Below are positions 18,042 through 28,492 of a stretch of DNA of 64,000 bases, one piece after another; the first letter of the stretch is position 1, and the number at the start of each line of letters is the position of its first letter. The notes below the pieces were generated by a model. The model searched no databases. It was not told the origin of the DNA and saw nothing but the letters and a program-made list of their open reading frames with translations. Position numbers and translations under genes: made by a program. This DNA is from a virus: the IMG/VR virus record IMGVR_UViG_3300023110_000006; one strand, 5' to 3'.

Positions 18042-20507
18042 ATGACTGTAAAAGGTACTATAGGTCAAGAAGATGTAATTTTAGAAGACGCGGCCACGGA
18101 AGCCACGCTCAAATCCATACTTGCCGCTATACAAGGCGGTGGCATGGGCGGTGGTGGAGGTGCAGGAGGCGGCCCTAAGCAAGCCCAGCAAAAGCTACTG
18201 GATCTGGCCAAGCAAACTGGTAAAACTAGTAAAACCGTAAAAGATTTTGAAGAAGATGTAGAAAATGCAGGTAATGCTCTTACTAGAGGATTCGGACATA
18301 TTGGTCAAGGACTATCAAACATTGCTATGGAGTTTATGTCAGGCACTGACAGACTCAGCGAATTTAGCCAACACATAACAGGAGTAATATCTAACATTCC
18401 TATTATAGGAGGAATGCTTGGAGGTGGTCTACAATTACTTACAAGTGTAGTCGATCAACAAATTGATGTATTTAGAGACATGTCAAAAGTAGGTGCAGGT
18501 TTTGGTAATGACCTAATGGCAACTAGACTAGCGGCCGCTAATGCTGGACTACAATTAGATACGTTCACAGGTATAATTACACAAAATTTAGATAACTTAA
18601 ATTTCTTTGCAGGCTCTGCTTCTGAAGCATCAAGACGTTTTGCTAACATAAGTGGACAAGTACAAAAAAATCAAATGCAATTCTCAAGATTAGGAATGAC
18701 TATGGAAGAAGTTGGCCAATATACTGCTGACTACATAGCATTGCAAGCTAGATCCGGTAGGGCACAAAGGATGACTGATGCTCAATTAGCCGCAGGAACT
18801 CAAGGATATATCAAGAATTTAGATCAATTAGCTAGAATGACCGGTAAACAGCGTGACGAGATTGCGGCTGAACTAAAATCACAAGCAGAAGATGATAGAA
18901 TTAATTTGTTGTTTGCTAGCCTTGATGCTGGGGCACAACAAAACATACAAAATGTTCTGTCAATGGTTGGTGATGCATCTCCAGAAATGAAAAATGCACT
19001 TACAGAAATGATAGCTACAGGCGGTGCTCCTCTAACAATGTATGGAGCAGAACTTGTAAATGCAAATTCAAATTTAGCGGCCGCGGCCCAAAATTTAAAA
19101 AATAATGCACCTGGTGCAATGGAAGAATTTTTGAAAGAAATGGACATTGCTGTAAGGAATTCACAAAATGCTGGACAAGCACATTTAGATACACTAGCCG
19201 TATCTAGAGCACTAGGTAACGAATATGGTGCGGCAACATCAGACATGGTTAGTATGAATGATAATATGCTTGATAGGTATTTGGAATCGCAACGTGAGTT
19301 AAATGCACAAACAGAAGATACAAAATTAGACATGACTAATTTTGAAAGTGCAATTACAAAAATTAAAAATACTATACAAACTGCATTGATAGACAGCGGT
19401 ATCTTCACACTTATTAATACAGAAATGAGTAAATTTACAGCTTGGTTAAGTGGTCCTGAGGCACTAACAGCAGTGCAAGGAGCAATACAGCCTTTTGTAG
19501 ATTTTTTCAAAGGTTTTATTGCAGACTTTAATGATCCTACAAAAGAACCTATGGCGGTTATCAAAGAATATCTAAACAAAGGATTAAGCAAACTAGGTGA
19601 ACTAATTAAACCATTAATTGCAAGTGCATTCAGTGGACTAGGCAGTATGATTATGGGAGCTATCTTTGGCGGTGGCAGTAGTGATGAAACATCAGTACCT
19701 GGTGGACCTCCAGGGTCTGGAGATGAATCTTCGGGCGCAGGATCGGGAGGCATATTTGTAGGACTAGACGGTGCCTTAGAAAAATTAGCTACAATGGTAG
19801 CAGTAGGTGGAACAGTTTATCTTGCTATCAAAGGTTTCCAAATGTTACTAGGTGGATTTAGCGCACCAAATGTTATACTTGGTGCAGGTGTACTAGCAGG
19901 ATTATTAATCGGTACAGGCGCGGCAATAGCCCTTGCAGGCCAAGGCATAAGTTCTGCAGGTGATGGCATAGAAAAAATGGCCACAGGTGTTGAACGTATG
20001 GCCGCAGTTAAAGATACAGCAAATCTAAAAGACGTTGCAGTAGCACTTGGTGATCTAGGTAAGGCAATGATAGCTCTTACTGCTGGTGGAGTGCTTGACA
20101 GCATAATGAGTTTCTTTGGTGCCGATTCACCTTTTGAAAAACTAGTAAAAGGTATTAATGAGTTTTCACAAATTGATGCAACAGCAGTATCAAACCTAAC
20201 TGCGTCTAGCAGTGGACTTGCAAATCTTAAAGCCTTTACTGAAGATTTAGATGCAGACGGTGTACGTAACTATGCAAGAGCTCTTAGAGAGTTAACAACA
20301 GCTATGAAACAACTGAACACAGTACTAGCTGACCAAAATACAGGTAGAAAAGAGAGCGGATATGCAGTAGCAGACATGCTCAAATCTGGAGCATTAGGCG
20401 GCGGTGGCGGCATAAGTAATAGTGGAATGAGTCAATTAATTGATTTAATGCGTGAAAATAATAGAATAACAGACCAAATACGAAGGCTAACGGGCGATAC
20501 TTTGTAG
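18042..20507 (+). CDS. Tail tape measure protein (putative)
   Basis: ~820 aa, Ala/Gly/Leu-rich helical with hydrophobic segments; between the chaperone and portal. The ATG at 18042 is preferred over the TTG at 18036. Confidence 0.7.
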   Translation: MTVKGTIGQEDVILEDAATEATLKSILAAIQGGGMGGGGGAGGGPKQAQQKLLDLAKQTGKTSKTVKDFEEDVENAGNALTRGFGHIGQGLSNIAMEFMSGTDRLSEFSQHITGVISNIPIIGGMLGGGLQLLTSVVDQQIDVFRDMSKVGAGFGNDLMATRLAAANAGLQLDTFTGIITQNLDNLNFFAGSASEASRRFANISGQVQKNQMQFSRLGMTMEEVGQYTADYIALQARSGRAQRMTDAQLAAGTQGYIKNLDQLARMTGKQRDEIAAELKSQAEDDRINLLFASLDAGAQQNIQNVLSMVGDASPEMKNALTEMIATGGAPLTMYGAELVNANSNLAAAAQNLKNNAPGAMEEFLKEMDIAVRNSQNAGQAHLDTLAVSRALGNEYGAATSDMVSMNDNMLDRYLESQRELNAQTEDTKLDMTNFESAITKIKNTIQTALIDSGIFTLINTEMSKFTAWLSGPEALTAVQGAIQPFVDFFKGFIADFNDPTKEPMAVIKEYLNKGLSKLGELIKPLIASAFSGLGSMIMGAIFGGGSSDETSVPGGPPGSGDESSGAGSGGIFVGLDGALEKLATMVAVGGTVYLAIKGFQMLLGGFSAPNVILGAGVLAGLLIGTGAAIALAGQGISSAGDGIEKMATGVERMAAVKDTANLKDVAVALGDLGKAMIALTAGGVLDSIMSFFGADSPFEKLVKGINEFSQIDATAVSNLTASSSGLANLKAFTEDLDADGVRNYARALRELTTAMKQLNTVLADQNTGRKESGYAVADMLKSGALGGGGGISNSGMSQLIDLMRENNRITDQIRRLTGDTL

Positions 20508-20521
20508 TATAGGAATAGAAA

Positions 20522-22270
20522 ATGAGTTGGAAAAAATATTTTACACCAGTGCCAACAGCTGATAACTTAGGGGGAAGTTTCAGTCCTTTAGGTGGCGGTA
20601 AAAGAGGCGGTGGTGCTACAGCAGGACCAGCAAGGTCAAATTATAACAGTTATCTACCAGATGTATATGTAGGTAGTCCAAATCGTGTAGAGCGTTATGG
20701 ACAATACAATACAATGGATTTAGATTCAGAAGTAAATGCCGCACTAGACATTTTAGCAGAATTTTGCTCCCAAAAAAATACACAAAACAAAACTCCATTC
20801 CTATTAGATTTTAAAAAGAAAGCAACTAATTCAGAAACTACTATTCTACAACAGTATCTTTTACAATGGTGTAAAGTACAAAATTTTGAAACACGTATGT
20901 TTAGAATTATGCGTAATGCATTTAAATATGGCGATCAATTTTTTATTAGAGATCCAGAAACAAAAAAATTATTTCATGTAGATCCAGCAAACGTTGTTAG
21001 GATTATTGTAAATGAAAGTGAAGGAAAAACACCTGAACAATATGTAATTAAAAATTTTAATTTAAACTTTGCTGACATGGTAGCAACAACTCCTCATCAA
21101 ACTAACGGAAATGTTACTGGTGGAGGAGATGGTTACTTAACAGGCGGTGTCAGAGGAATGGTAGGACAAGCACCTACGCAAGCTGGTAGCAGATTTCAAC
21201 AAGGTGAAAATGAAATAACTATAGATGCAAAACATGTAGTTCATTTAAGTTTGTCAGAAGGCTTAGACAACAATTTTCCATTTGGTAATTCACTATTAGA
21301 AACAATTTTTAAAGTATACAAACAAAAAGAATTATTAGAAGATGCGATTATTATCTATCGTGTCCAACGTGCACCAGAGCGCAGAGTATTCTACGTTGAT
21401 GTGGGCAACATGCCTTCACACCTTGCTATGCAGTTTGTGGAGCGTGTTAAAACGGAAATACACCAAAGACGTATCCCATCGTCGACAGGTGGCGGTACAA
21501 ATGTCATAGACAGTTCATATAATCCACTGTCAATCAATGAAGACTACTTCTTCCCACAAACTGCGGAAGGTAGAGGATCTAAAGTTGAAACACTTCCAGG
21601 CGGTACTAACCTAGGAGAAATTGATGATCTTAGATACTTCACTAATAAACTTGTACGCGGGTTACGTATACCTAGCTCGTACTTACCAACTGGAGCGGAT
21701 GATTCAGCTTCACAATATAATGATGGGCGTGTTGGTACTGCATACATTCAAGAACTTAGGTTTAACACATACTGTGAAAGACTTCAAGGACTTCTTGTAG
21801 AAGATTTAAATAACGAATTTAAAAGATATCTTTTAGAAAAGGGTGTAAACATTGATACAGCAATGTTTGACATTAGATTCCAACCGCCACAAAACTTTGC
21901 GGCTTATAGACAAAGTGAAATTGATAATGCACGTATTCCAACATTTACTCAAATGAGTGCAATACCATACATATCTAATCGTTTTGCTATGAAACGTTTC
22001 TTAGGATTAAGTGAAGAAGAGCTTGCAGAGAATGAAAGACTATGGCGAGAGGAAAATGATGAAAACCTACAACCACTACCAACAGATGCGGCAGGTGAAA
22101 TGCGCGGAGCAGGTATAAGCAGTGCAGGTATTGATGCTGACATGTCTGGAATGGATGCAGAAGTTCCAGGAGGTGATGCACCAGTTGATGGAGGAACAGG
22201 AGAAGGCCCAGAAACCGCTACAGGAGATGCAGGCGCACCAGCAGAAGGAAATACTGACGTAACAGTATAA
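20522..22270 (+). CDS. Portal vertex protein, T4 gp20-like
   Basis: LEDAIIIYRVQRAPERRVFYVDVGNMP and EDYFFP...GRGSKVETLPGG signatures. Confidence 0.95.
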   Translation: MSWKKYFTPVPTADNLGGSFSPLGGGKRGGGATAGPARSNYNSYLPDVYVGSPNRVERYGQYNTMDLDSEVNAALDILAEFCSQKNTQNKTPFLLDFKKKATNSETTILQQYLLQWCKVQNFETRMFRIMRNAFKYGDQFFIRDPETKKLFHVDPANVVRIIVNESEGKTPEQYVIKNFNLNFADMVATTPHQTNGNVTGGGDGYLTGGVRGMVGQAPTQAGSRFQQGENEITIDAKHVVHLSLSEGLDNNFPFGNSLLETIFKVYKQKELLEDAIIIYRVQRAPERRVFYVDVGNMPSHLAMQFVERVKTEIHQRRIPSSTGGGTNVIDSSYNPLSINEDYFFPQTAEGRGSKVETLPGGTNLGEIDDLRYFTNKLVRGLRIPSSYLPTGADDSASQYNDGRVGTAYIQELRFNTYCERLQGLLVEDLNNEFKRYLLEKGVNIDTAMFDIRFQPPQNFAAYRQSEIDNARIPTFTQMSAIPYISNRFAMKRFLGLSEEELAENERLWREENDENLQPLPTDAAGEMRGAGISSAGIDADMSGMDAEVPGGDAPVDGGTGEGPETATGDAGAPAEGNTDVTV

Positions 22271-22277
22271 ATACATT

Positions 22278-22526
22278 ATGATCCTAAGAGAACTATTTTA
22301 TTTTGACCGTGAAACTATTGAGCCAGTTGAGGATAAGCAATATGATCCTCAATATGATCACTCACCGGTTGACTTTGATAGCACACGTAAAACTCGATTA
22401 ACACTTAGTCAGATTAACCGTGCAAGACTAGCATCTGAAATTCATACAGAAGAACAAGAAAAGGAATTACATTTTGTTAGACAAATGTATGGATTAGCGG
22501 CAAACGCGGAGGCTGGCGGAGCGTGA
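22278..22526 (+). CDS. Hypothetical head-module protein (82 aa)
   Basis: Directly follows portal; TRKTRLTL...RQMYG; TAAATA-N4-ATG start. Confidence 0.7.
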   Translation: MILRELFYFDRETIEPVEDKQYDPQYDHSPVDFDSTRKTRLTLSQINRARLASEIHTEEQEKELHFVRQMYGLAANAEAGGA

Positions 22527-22529
22527 TAA

Positions 22530-23120
22530 TTGAGTATAGCATTTGTATTAGGTAACGGTACTTCCCGGGACGGGATTCCATTAGAATCACTTAAAAAGTT
22601 TGGAACAATTTATGCCTGCAATGCAGTCTATAGAGACTTTGATCCTGACTATCTTGTAGCAGTTGATACAAAAATGGTGAACGAAATTGTGCACCGTAAC
22701 TACCAATACAAAAGACCTGTATGGACAAATTATAACAAAACCTTTGAAAAGTACAAAGGATTAAATTATTTTACTCCGAGTAAAGGATGGAGTAGCGGCC
22801 CTACAGCATTAGATCTTGCAAGCTCACACAATCACAACACAATTTATATACTTGGTTTTGACTTTAGAGGTATAGGGCCTGAACATAAACGTGTTAATAA
22901 CTTGTATAGCGGTACTCAAAATTACAAAGGTAGTCACGATACTGCAACATATTATGGTAATTGGTTGCGCCAAACTACATTAATAATGCAACAAAATGAC
23001 AAAAAGAGATATATAAGAGTGATACTAGAAAAAGGATTTATACCAGAACCTTTAGATAAATTTAGTAACGTAACTCATGTAAATAAGGAAGATTTTTGTA
23101 AATCTTTCAATATTTTATAA
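22530..23120 (+). CDS. Putative glycosyltransferase-like (DUF115/Maf-like fold) protein
   Basis: AFVLGNGTSR, YACNA, SSG and IYILGFD motifs; TTG start. Confidence 0.55.
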   Translation: MSIAFVLGNGTSRDGIPLESLKKFGTIYACNAVYRDFDPDYLVAVDTKMVNEIVHRNYQYKRPVWTNYNKTFEKYKGLNYFTPSKGWSSGPTALDLASSHNHNTIYILGFDFRGIGPEHKRVNNLYSGTQNYKGSHDTATYYGNWLRQTTLIMQQNDKKRYIRVILEKGFIPEPLDKFSNVTHVNKEDFCKSFNIL

Positions 23121-23236
23121 AATTTGTCAAAAACTGTCTGTTTTTGGCGTATTTTCCAGTATAATATTATAATATAACTAAATAATATTGACAGCCTTAC
23201 CATAGGTAAACTAAACTATTAACACAGGAGAAAATA

Positions 23237-24253
23237 ATGGCAGACCTAACTAAATTCGAGGAAATGCTCGAAAAACTAGTTAACGAGGATCGTGCTGGTG
23301 CTGAAGAGTTATTCCACGATATCGTTGTAGAAAAATCAAGAGAAATTTATGAAAACCTACTAGAAAATGATCTAGAGGAAGAAGACAAAGAAGTTGACGA
23401 AGCGTCTAAAGATGACGAAGTTGATGAAGCATCTGATGAAGAAGTAGATGAAGCTTCAAAAGACGAAGAAGTTGACGAATCTAAAGATGAAGAAGTTGAC
23501 GAGTCAGATGACGAAGAAGTTGAAGAGTCAGACGACGAAGAAACAAAAGAAGGTTTTGATTTAGATCAAGAAGTTGTAACACCAGAAGCAGATCCAATGG
23601 ACGCAGGTGATGATTTTGAAAAAGACATCGAAATGGACATGGACGACGAAGGCGAAGACGGTGATGCAGACCATGAAGAAGAAATGGACGATCTAAAAGA
23701 CAGAATGATGGATCTAGAAAAAGAACTAGATGCATTAAAAGCCGAGTATGAAGGCGACAACGATGGCGGCGACGATGAAGAAGGCGGCGACATGGATATG
23801 GATGCTGGAGACGAAGGCGATGACGATGCTGAAGAAGGCATCGATATGCTTGGCATGGAAGCAACTGACGAAGAAGTTGATGAAGCAAACGACGAAGAAG
23901 TTGACGAATCAACTGCTCCAAAATCAAATGCTGAACTAATGCGTGAATACGTGAATAAAATGTCAAATGAACCTAAAAAAGGTGACAATGGCGATAACAC
24001 AAAATCACCAGTAGCTGGCAAAAACGATATGGGCGGAACAACTGCAAATATCGTAAAAGGTGGAGACGCTGATACAGGTGGTACATCAGGTGGCTTAGAA
24101 GGTAACTCTGCAAAAGAGGACAATATGGGCAACATTAACGTACCAGGTGGAAAAGCGGCTAAAGCAAACAAAACTATGCCAAAAGGCCATGGCGCTGAGA
24201 AAAAAGGCGCAGGCGAAACAGCTGACAATAAAAAGTCAACAATTGGCTCTTAA
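23237..24253 (+). CDS. Highly acidic prohead core/scaffold-associated protein
   Basis: Asp/Glu-rich with DEEVDE repeats; between portal and protease; TAAATA at 23179-23184 and AGGAG RBS. Confidence 0.7.
   Translation: MADLTKFEEMLEKLVNEDRAGAEELFHDIVVEKSREIYENLLENDLEEEDKEVDEASKDDEVDEASDEEVDEASKDEEVDESKDEEVDESDDEEVEESDDEETKEGFDLDQEVVTPEADPMDAGDDFEKDIEMDMDDEGEDGDADHEEEMDDLKDRMMDLEKELDALKAEYEGDNDGGDDEEGGDMDMDAGDEGDDDAEEGIDMLGMEATDEEVDEANDEEVDESTAPKSNAELMREYVNKMSNEPKKGDNGDNTKSPVAGKNDMGGTTANIVKGGDADTGGTSGGLEGNSAKEDNMGNINVPGGKAAKANKTMPKGHGAEKKGAGETADNKKSTIGS
23380..23545 (+). repeat. Degenerate coding tandem repeat (DEEVDE[A/S])
   Basis: About 7 copies of GA(C/T)GAAGAAGTTGA(C/T)GAA-like units; further copies near 23867-23910. 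Confidence 0.7.
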
Positions 24254-24278
24254 TTGTTAGTATATTAGGAAAGTAAAG

Positions 24279-24905
24279 ATGAATTTACTGAGCGAGAATT
24301 TGACATTTGACCAAGCGAAGATGGTCGTTGAATCTGCCGATAACCAAAACGGTGGCAAAGACCTTTATATGAAAGGTATTTGTATCCAAGGTGGTGTACG
24401 AAACGCAAATGAGCGTGTGTATCCTGTGGAGGAAATTGGTAGGGCTGTCAAAACTCTCAATGATCAAATCAGCACTGGTTACTCAGTTCTCGGTGAAGTT
24501 GATCATCCTGAAGGCCTAAACATTAACCTTGATAGAGTTTCACATATGATTACTAGTATGTGGATGGAAGAAAACAATGGTTATGGGAAACTAAAAATTT
24601 TACCAACCCCGATGGGACAACTAGTTAAAACAATGCTTGAAAGCGGCGTTAAACTAGGCGTTTCATCGAGAGGTAGTGGTGAAGTCGACGGCGGCGGAAA
24701 CGTTGCCGGATTCGAAATAATTACGGTAGACGTTGTGGCACAACCAAGTGCTCCTGGAGCATATCCTACGCCAATCTACGAACACCTAATGAACGCCCGT
24801 GGAGGGTACAAGGCATACGAACTTGCAAAGGCAACAAAAAATGATGAAAAGGCACAAAAGTATCTAAAGGAATCGTTGATTAATATAATCAACAAACTCC
24901 AATAG
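24279..24905 (+). CDS. Prohead protease, T4 gp21-like
   Basis: GEVDHP, GVSSRGSG and DVVAQPSAPGA motifs. Confidence 0.93.
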   Translation: MNLLSENLTFDQAKMVVESADNQNGGKDLYMKGICIQGGVRNANERVYPVEEIGRAVKTLNDQISTGYSVLGEVDHPEGLNINLDRVSHMITSMWMEENNGYGKLKILPTPMGQLVKTMLESGVKLGVSSRGSGEVDGGGNVAGFEIITVDVVAQPSAPGAYPTPIYEHLMNARGGYKAYELAKATKNDEKAQKYLKESLINIINKLQ

Positions 24906-24919
24906 CTTAGGAGAAAAGT

Positions 24920-26014
24920 ATGATAGATGCACTGAAAACACTCTTTGAAAACGATGTTGTTTCGGAAGAAGTCAGAGCACAAATAGAAGAAGCGTGGGAA
25001 GCAAAAATTCGTGAAAATAAACAAGCTGTTACAGCTGAACTTCGCGAAGAGTTCGCTTCGAAATACGAACACGACAAGCAAACAATGGTGGAAGCTATTG
25101 ATAAAATGCTTGAAGAGCGTCTTTCGGACGAGATTGCTGAATTTGCTGAGGATCGCAAATCACTTGCTGAAGCAAAAGCTAAGTATGCCGTTAAAATGCG
25201 TGAAAACGCAGATGTAATGAAAGCATTTGTTTTTGATCAATTAGGCAAGGAAGTTTCTGAACTACACGAAGACCAAAAGAAAATGGCAATTAATTTTGCT
25301 AAACTTGAAGAATTTGTAGTAGAGGCTCTATCTAAGGAAATCGCAGAGTTTTACGAAGATAAGAAAGACCTAGCTGAGACGAAAGTTAGACTAATTCGTG
25401 AAGCTAAGGAACACTTCAATAAAGTGAAAACATCCTTTATTGAAAAGGGTGCAAAATTGGTATCTGAAACAGTTGGAAAAACTCTTAACAAAGAGATTTC
25501 TGCACTTAAAGAAGATATCGAAACTGCACGTAAAAATGACTTCGGTCGCAAGCTGTTTGAAAGTTTTGCATCCGAGTATGCTAATAGCTACTTGAATGAA
25601 AAATCAGAGACAGCTAAACTTCTAAAAGTTGTAGATGTTAAAGATCTACAGGTTAAAGAAGCGAACGAAGCCGCAGAGAAAGCAACTGCTCTTGTAAAAG
25701 AGAGAGAAGCAGAAATACAACGTATTAATGAAGCGGCTACGAGAGAAAAAACGATTAACGGATTGATTGAGCCATTAAGCAAAGATCAACGGGAAATCAT
25801 GACAGACTTACTGGAGAGCGTTCAAACAGCTAAATTAAATTCAGCTTTTGACAAGTATCTACCGGCAGTTATTGACGGAAAGAGTCCAGCGAAGCAGAAG
25901 GCAAAACTAAATGAGGCTAAAGAAATTACAGGCAATAGAGAAACTAACGTCAGTAGTAAGGCAGACGGTGACGATAATGTAATATCGATCAAACGTCTAG
26001 CTGGATTAAATTAA
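24920..26014 (+). CDS. Prohead core scaffold protein, T4 gp22-like
   Basis: Coiled-coil protein between protease and capsid; GRKLFESF motif. Confidence 0.85.
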   Translation: MIDALKTLFENDVVSEEVRAQIEEAWEAKIRENKQAVTAELREEFASKYEHDKQTMVEAIDKMLEERLSDEIAEFAEDRKSLAEAKAKYAVKMRENADVMKAFVFDQLGKEVSELHEDQKKMAINFAKLEEFVVEALSKEIAEFYEDKKDLAETKVRLIREAKEHFNKVKTSFIEKGAKLVSETVGKTLNKEISALKEDIETARKNDFGRKLFESFASEYANSYLNEKSETAKLLKVVDVKDLQVKEANEAAEKATALVKEREAEIQRINEAATREKTINGLIEPLSKDQREIMTDLLESVQTAKLNSAFDKYLPAVIDGKSPAKQKAKLNEAKEITGNRETNVSSKADGDDNVISIKRLAGLN

Positions 26015-26024
26015 GGAGATAATT

Positions 26025-27200
26025 ATGTCAGAACTACTAGAAAGTCGCTGGCACGAGACCAAAGATGCGCTTATGGAAGGCTTAACAGGCAACAAGAAGT
26101 CTGTTATGTCAGCTACCTTAGAAAATACTCGTAAGTATTTGGCTGAGACAGCTACAGCAGGTGCAACTAGTGCCGGTAATGTCGCAACTCTTAACAGAGT
26201 TATTTTACCAGTTATCAGACGTGTAATGCCAACAGTTATCGCAAACGAACTAGTTGGTGTACAGCCGATGACAGGTCCAGTGGGTCAAATCCACACATTG
26301 AGAGTACGCTACGCTGATACAGCTGGCACAGGCGCAAGCGGTGCAGTAACAGGCGAAGAAGCACTTTCACCATTCAAGATCGCTGAAGCATATTCAGGTG
26401 ACACAACCAACGCTACGGCGGCGGCTACTGCGGCACTTGAAGGTTCAGCAGGTAACAGACTAAGCATCCAGATCTTAAAGCAAACAGTCGAAGCAAAAAC
26501 CAGAAAGCTATCAGCTCGCTGGACTTTTGAAGCGGCTCAAGATGCACAAGCACAACACGGTATCGATGTTGAAGCTGAGATCATGGCGGCTTTAGCACAA
26601 GAAATTACTGCTGAAATCGATCAAGAAGTTTTAGCTTCATTACGTACACTATCAGGTAATGCAGTACAAACTTACGATCAAGCGGCAGTATCAGGTACAG
26701 CAACATTTGTTGGTGATGAACATGCGGCACTTGCAGTTCAAATCAACAGAGCGGCTAACTTGATTGCACAGCGTACACGTAGAGGTGCAGGTAACTATGC
26801 AGTGGTATCACCATTTGCATTAACAATCCTACAATCTGCTACAACTTCAGCGTTCGCAAGAACAACTGAAGGTACTTTTGAAGCACCAACAAACACTAAG
26901 TTTGTAGGTACTTTAAACAATGCAATGCGTGTGTACGTTGATACATATGCAGGTGACGGTACAGCAGTACTAGTTGGTTACAAAGGTTCTTCAGAATCTG
27001 ATGCACCAGCGTTCTACTGCCCATACATCCCACTAATGTCAAGTGGTGTTGTGATGGATCCAGGTACATTCGAACCAGTTGTGAGCTTCATGACTCGTTA
27101 CGGATATATCGAGCTATCAAACACAGCTTCATCTTTGGGTAATGCGGCTGATTACCTAGCAAACGTTGCAATCACAAACGCAAACGTAAGCTTCAGCTAA
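26025..27200 (+). CDS. Major capsid protein, T4 gp23-like
   Basis: VGVQPMTGPVGQI, VEAKTRKLSARWTFEAAQD, FYCPYIPL and FMTRYG signatures. Confidence 0.96.
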   Translation: MSELLESRWHETKDALMEGLTGNKKSVMSATLENTRKYLAETATAGATSAGNVATLNRVILPVIRRVMPTVIANELVGVQPMTGPVGQIHTLRVRYADTAGTGASGAVTGEEALSPFKIAEAYSGDTTNATAAATAALEGSAGNRLSIQILKQTVEAKTRKLSARWTFEAAQDAQAQHGIDVEAEIMAALAQEITAEIDQEVLASLRTLSGNAVQTYDQAAVSGTATFVGDEHAALAVQINRAANLIAQRTRRGAGNYAVVSPFALTILQSATTSAFARTTEGTFEAPTNTKFVGTLNNAMRVYVDTYAGDGTAVLVGYKGSSESDAPAFYCPYIPLMSSGVVMDPGTFEPVVSFMTRYGYIELSNTASSLGNAADYLANVAITNANVSFS

Positions 27201-27219
27201 TATTTTTTAGCACAAATTC

Positions 27220-27250
27220 AAAATAGGGCCTTTGTAGGCCCTATTTTTTT
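27220..27250 (+). terminator. Rho-independent terminator after the capsid gene
   Basis: AAAATAGGGCCT-TTGT-AGGCCCTATTTT followed by a T-run. Confidence 0.85.
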
Positions 27251-27264
27251 GGCTACATTTTCTA

Positions 27265-27293
27265 TTGACATTTTAGCATTATTATAATATTAT
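27265..27293 (+). promoter_or_regulatory. Sigma70-type promoter for the GH5 gene
   Basis: TTGACA(27265-27270)-N17-TATTAT(27288-27293), then AAGGAGG RBS. Confidence 0.65.
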
Positions 27294-27314
27294 TAGTAAT
27301 ATAAGGAGGCTCTA

Positions 27315-28481
27315 ATGTTTAGACAAATTATGCACGTATTACTTGTAGTATTAGGAATACAACTAGCTACATCAAATTCAGCAACAGCAAATGTTGAATA
27401 TCCATCAAAAGCATTTGAAGGTACAAGTATTGTAACGAGGCTGTTATGGCACGGATACAAATATGACGATCCAAGACAGGGCGTTAAAGAATTAATTGCA
27501 AACTTAAAACAGCTAGATGTTAAACGTGTAGTTGTACCTATTTGTATTGATCATATTGCAGAAAAGGGAAATTGTAGTAATCCTTATGCATATGCAAATG
27601 ATGATGTACGCTTTAATGTTATACAACAACTTGTGAGTGCAGGTTACCATGTAACAATTAGATTTCAACCAGAACGAGGCAAAAAAGCTAACGGTTCTTT
27701 TGTAACTTTTGTTGAAGACGGTATTCGTAATGACAAATATATTAGACAAAATTACTTTGATCTTTTACACAAGTATGCATTGCAATACTCAAACTTTTCA
27801 AAAGATGAGCTAAGTTTTAATATTCTTAACGAACCGCATTTTAGAAAAGTTGATAGACTGTATTTGCGTGAATATACTAAAATTGCTAGACAGGCAGTAG
27901 AAATTATTCGCAAACAAAGTCCTGATAGAATTATTATTGTACAATCTATTGCAAAAAGTGCTTTTGCACATGCTCCTCTAAAAAATAAAATTTTAGGATT
28001 TGGACCTAATAAATTAGTAAAAGTATTACCATATGACAATATTATTTACGGATTTAACTTTTTCGAACCAAATTCATTTACTGAACAAAGAAATGGTGCT
28101 AGATCAGGTCTTTCGTGGAACAGCAAATGGAACAAACAAATAGAACGTGATGCAAAAACACTAGCAAAATGGTCAAACAAAAAAGGTGTACCTGTGATTA
28201 TTACAGAAACTGGTGCAGTTACATATTTTGATGGTAAAACATCAGGACCTAGTACAATCAAAGAACGTGCTATGTTTGGTGAACAAATGTACAACAACTT
28301 TGTTGACAAATACGGTATAGGTTTAACTTGGTGGGCAATGGAAAAAGACAAATCATTATTTGTATATTGCAGAGCTGTATCATTTAACAGCTGGTATCCA
28401 CAAATTAGAGCATGGGATATTGATCTACTTAAGAGCTTACACTTGTTGTCAAATAAGACAGAAATTAAAACTTGTAGCTAA
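27315..28481 (+). CDS. Glycoside hydrolase family 5-like protein with signal peptide
   Basis: N-terminal hydrophobic signal ending near A-T-A; acid/base motif ILNEP; nucleophile motif ITETG; C-terminal TWW. Confidence 0.75.
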   Translation: MFRQIMHVLLVVLGIQLATSNSATANVEYPSKAFEGTSIVTRLLWHGYKYDDPRQGVKELIANLKQLDVKRVVVPICIDHIAEKGNCSNPYAYANDDVRFNVIQQLVSAGYHVTIRFQPERGKKANGSFVTFVEDGIRNDKYIRQNYFDLLHKYALQYSNFSKDELSFNILNEPHFRKVDRLYLREYTKIARQAVEIIRKQSPDRIIIVQSIAKSAFAHAPLKNKILGFGPNKLVKVLPYDNIIYGFNFFEPNSFTEQRNGARSGLSWNSKWNKQIERDAKTLAKWSNKKGVPVIITETGAVTYFDGKTSGPSTIKERAMFGEQMYNNFVDKYGIGLTWWAMEKDKSLFVYCRAVSFNSWYPQIRAWDIDLLKSLHLLSNKTEIKTCS

Positions 28482-28492
28482 ATAGTCTTCAT

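Noticed and set aside
23380-23910. Short direct repeats considered as a CRISPR array
   Set aside because: In-frame degenerate coding repeats (DEEVDE), with no unique spacers and no cas genes.
15049-24228. Long antisense ORFs (15790-16488, 18824-19753, 23566-24228 and similar ones throughout the window)
   Set aside because: Shadow frames opposite well-supported genes, produced by codon bias; Ser/Pro/Leu-rich with no RBS.
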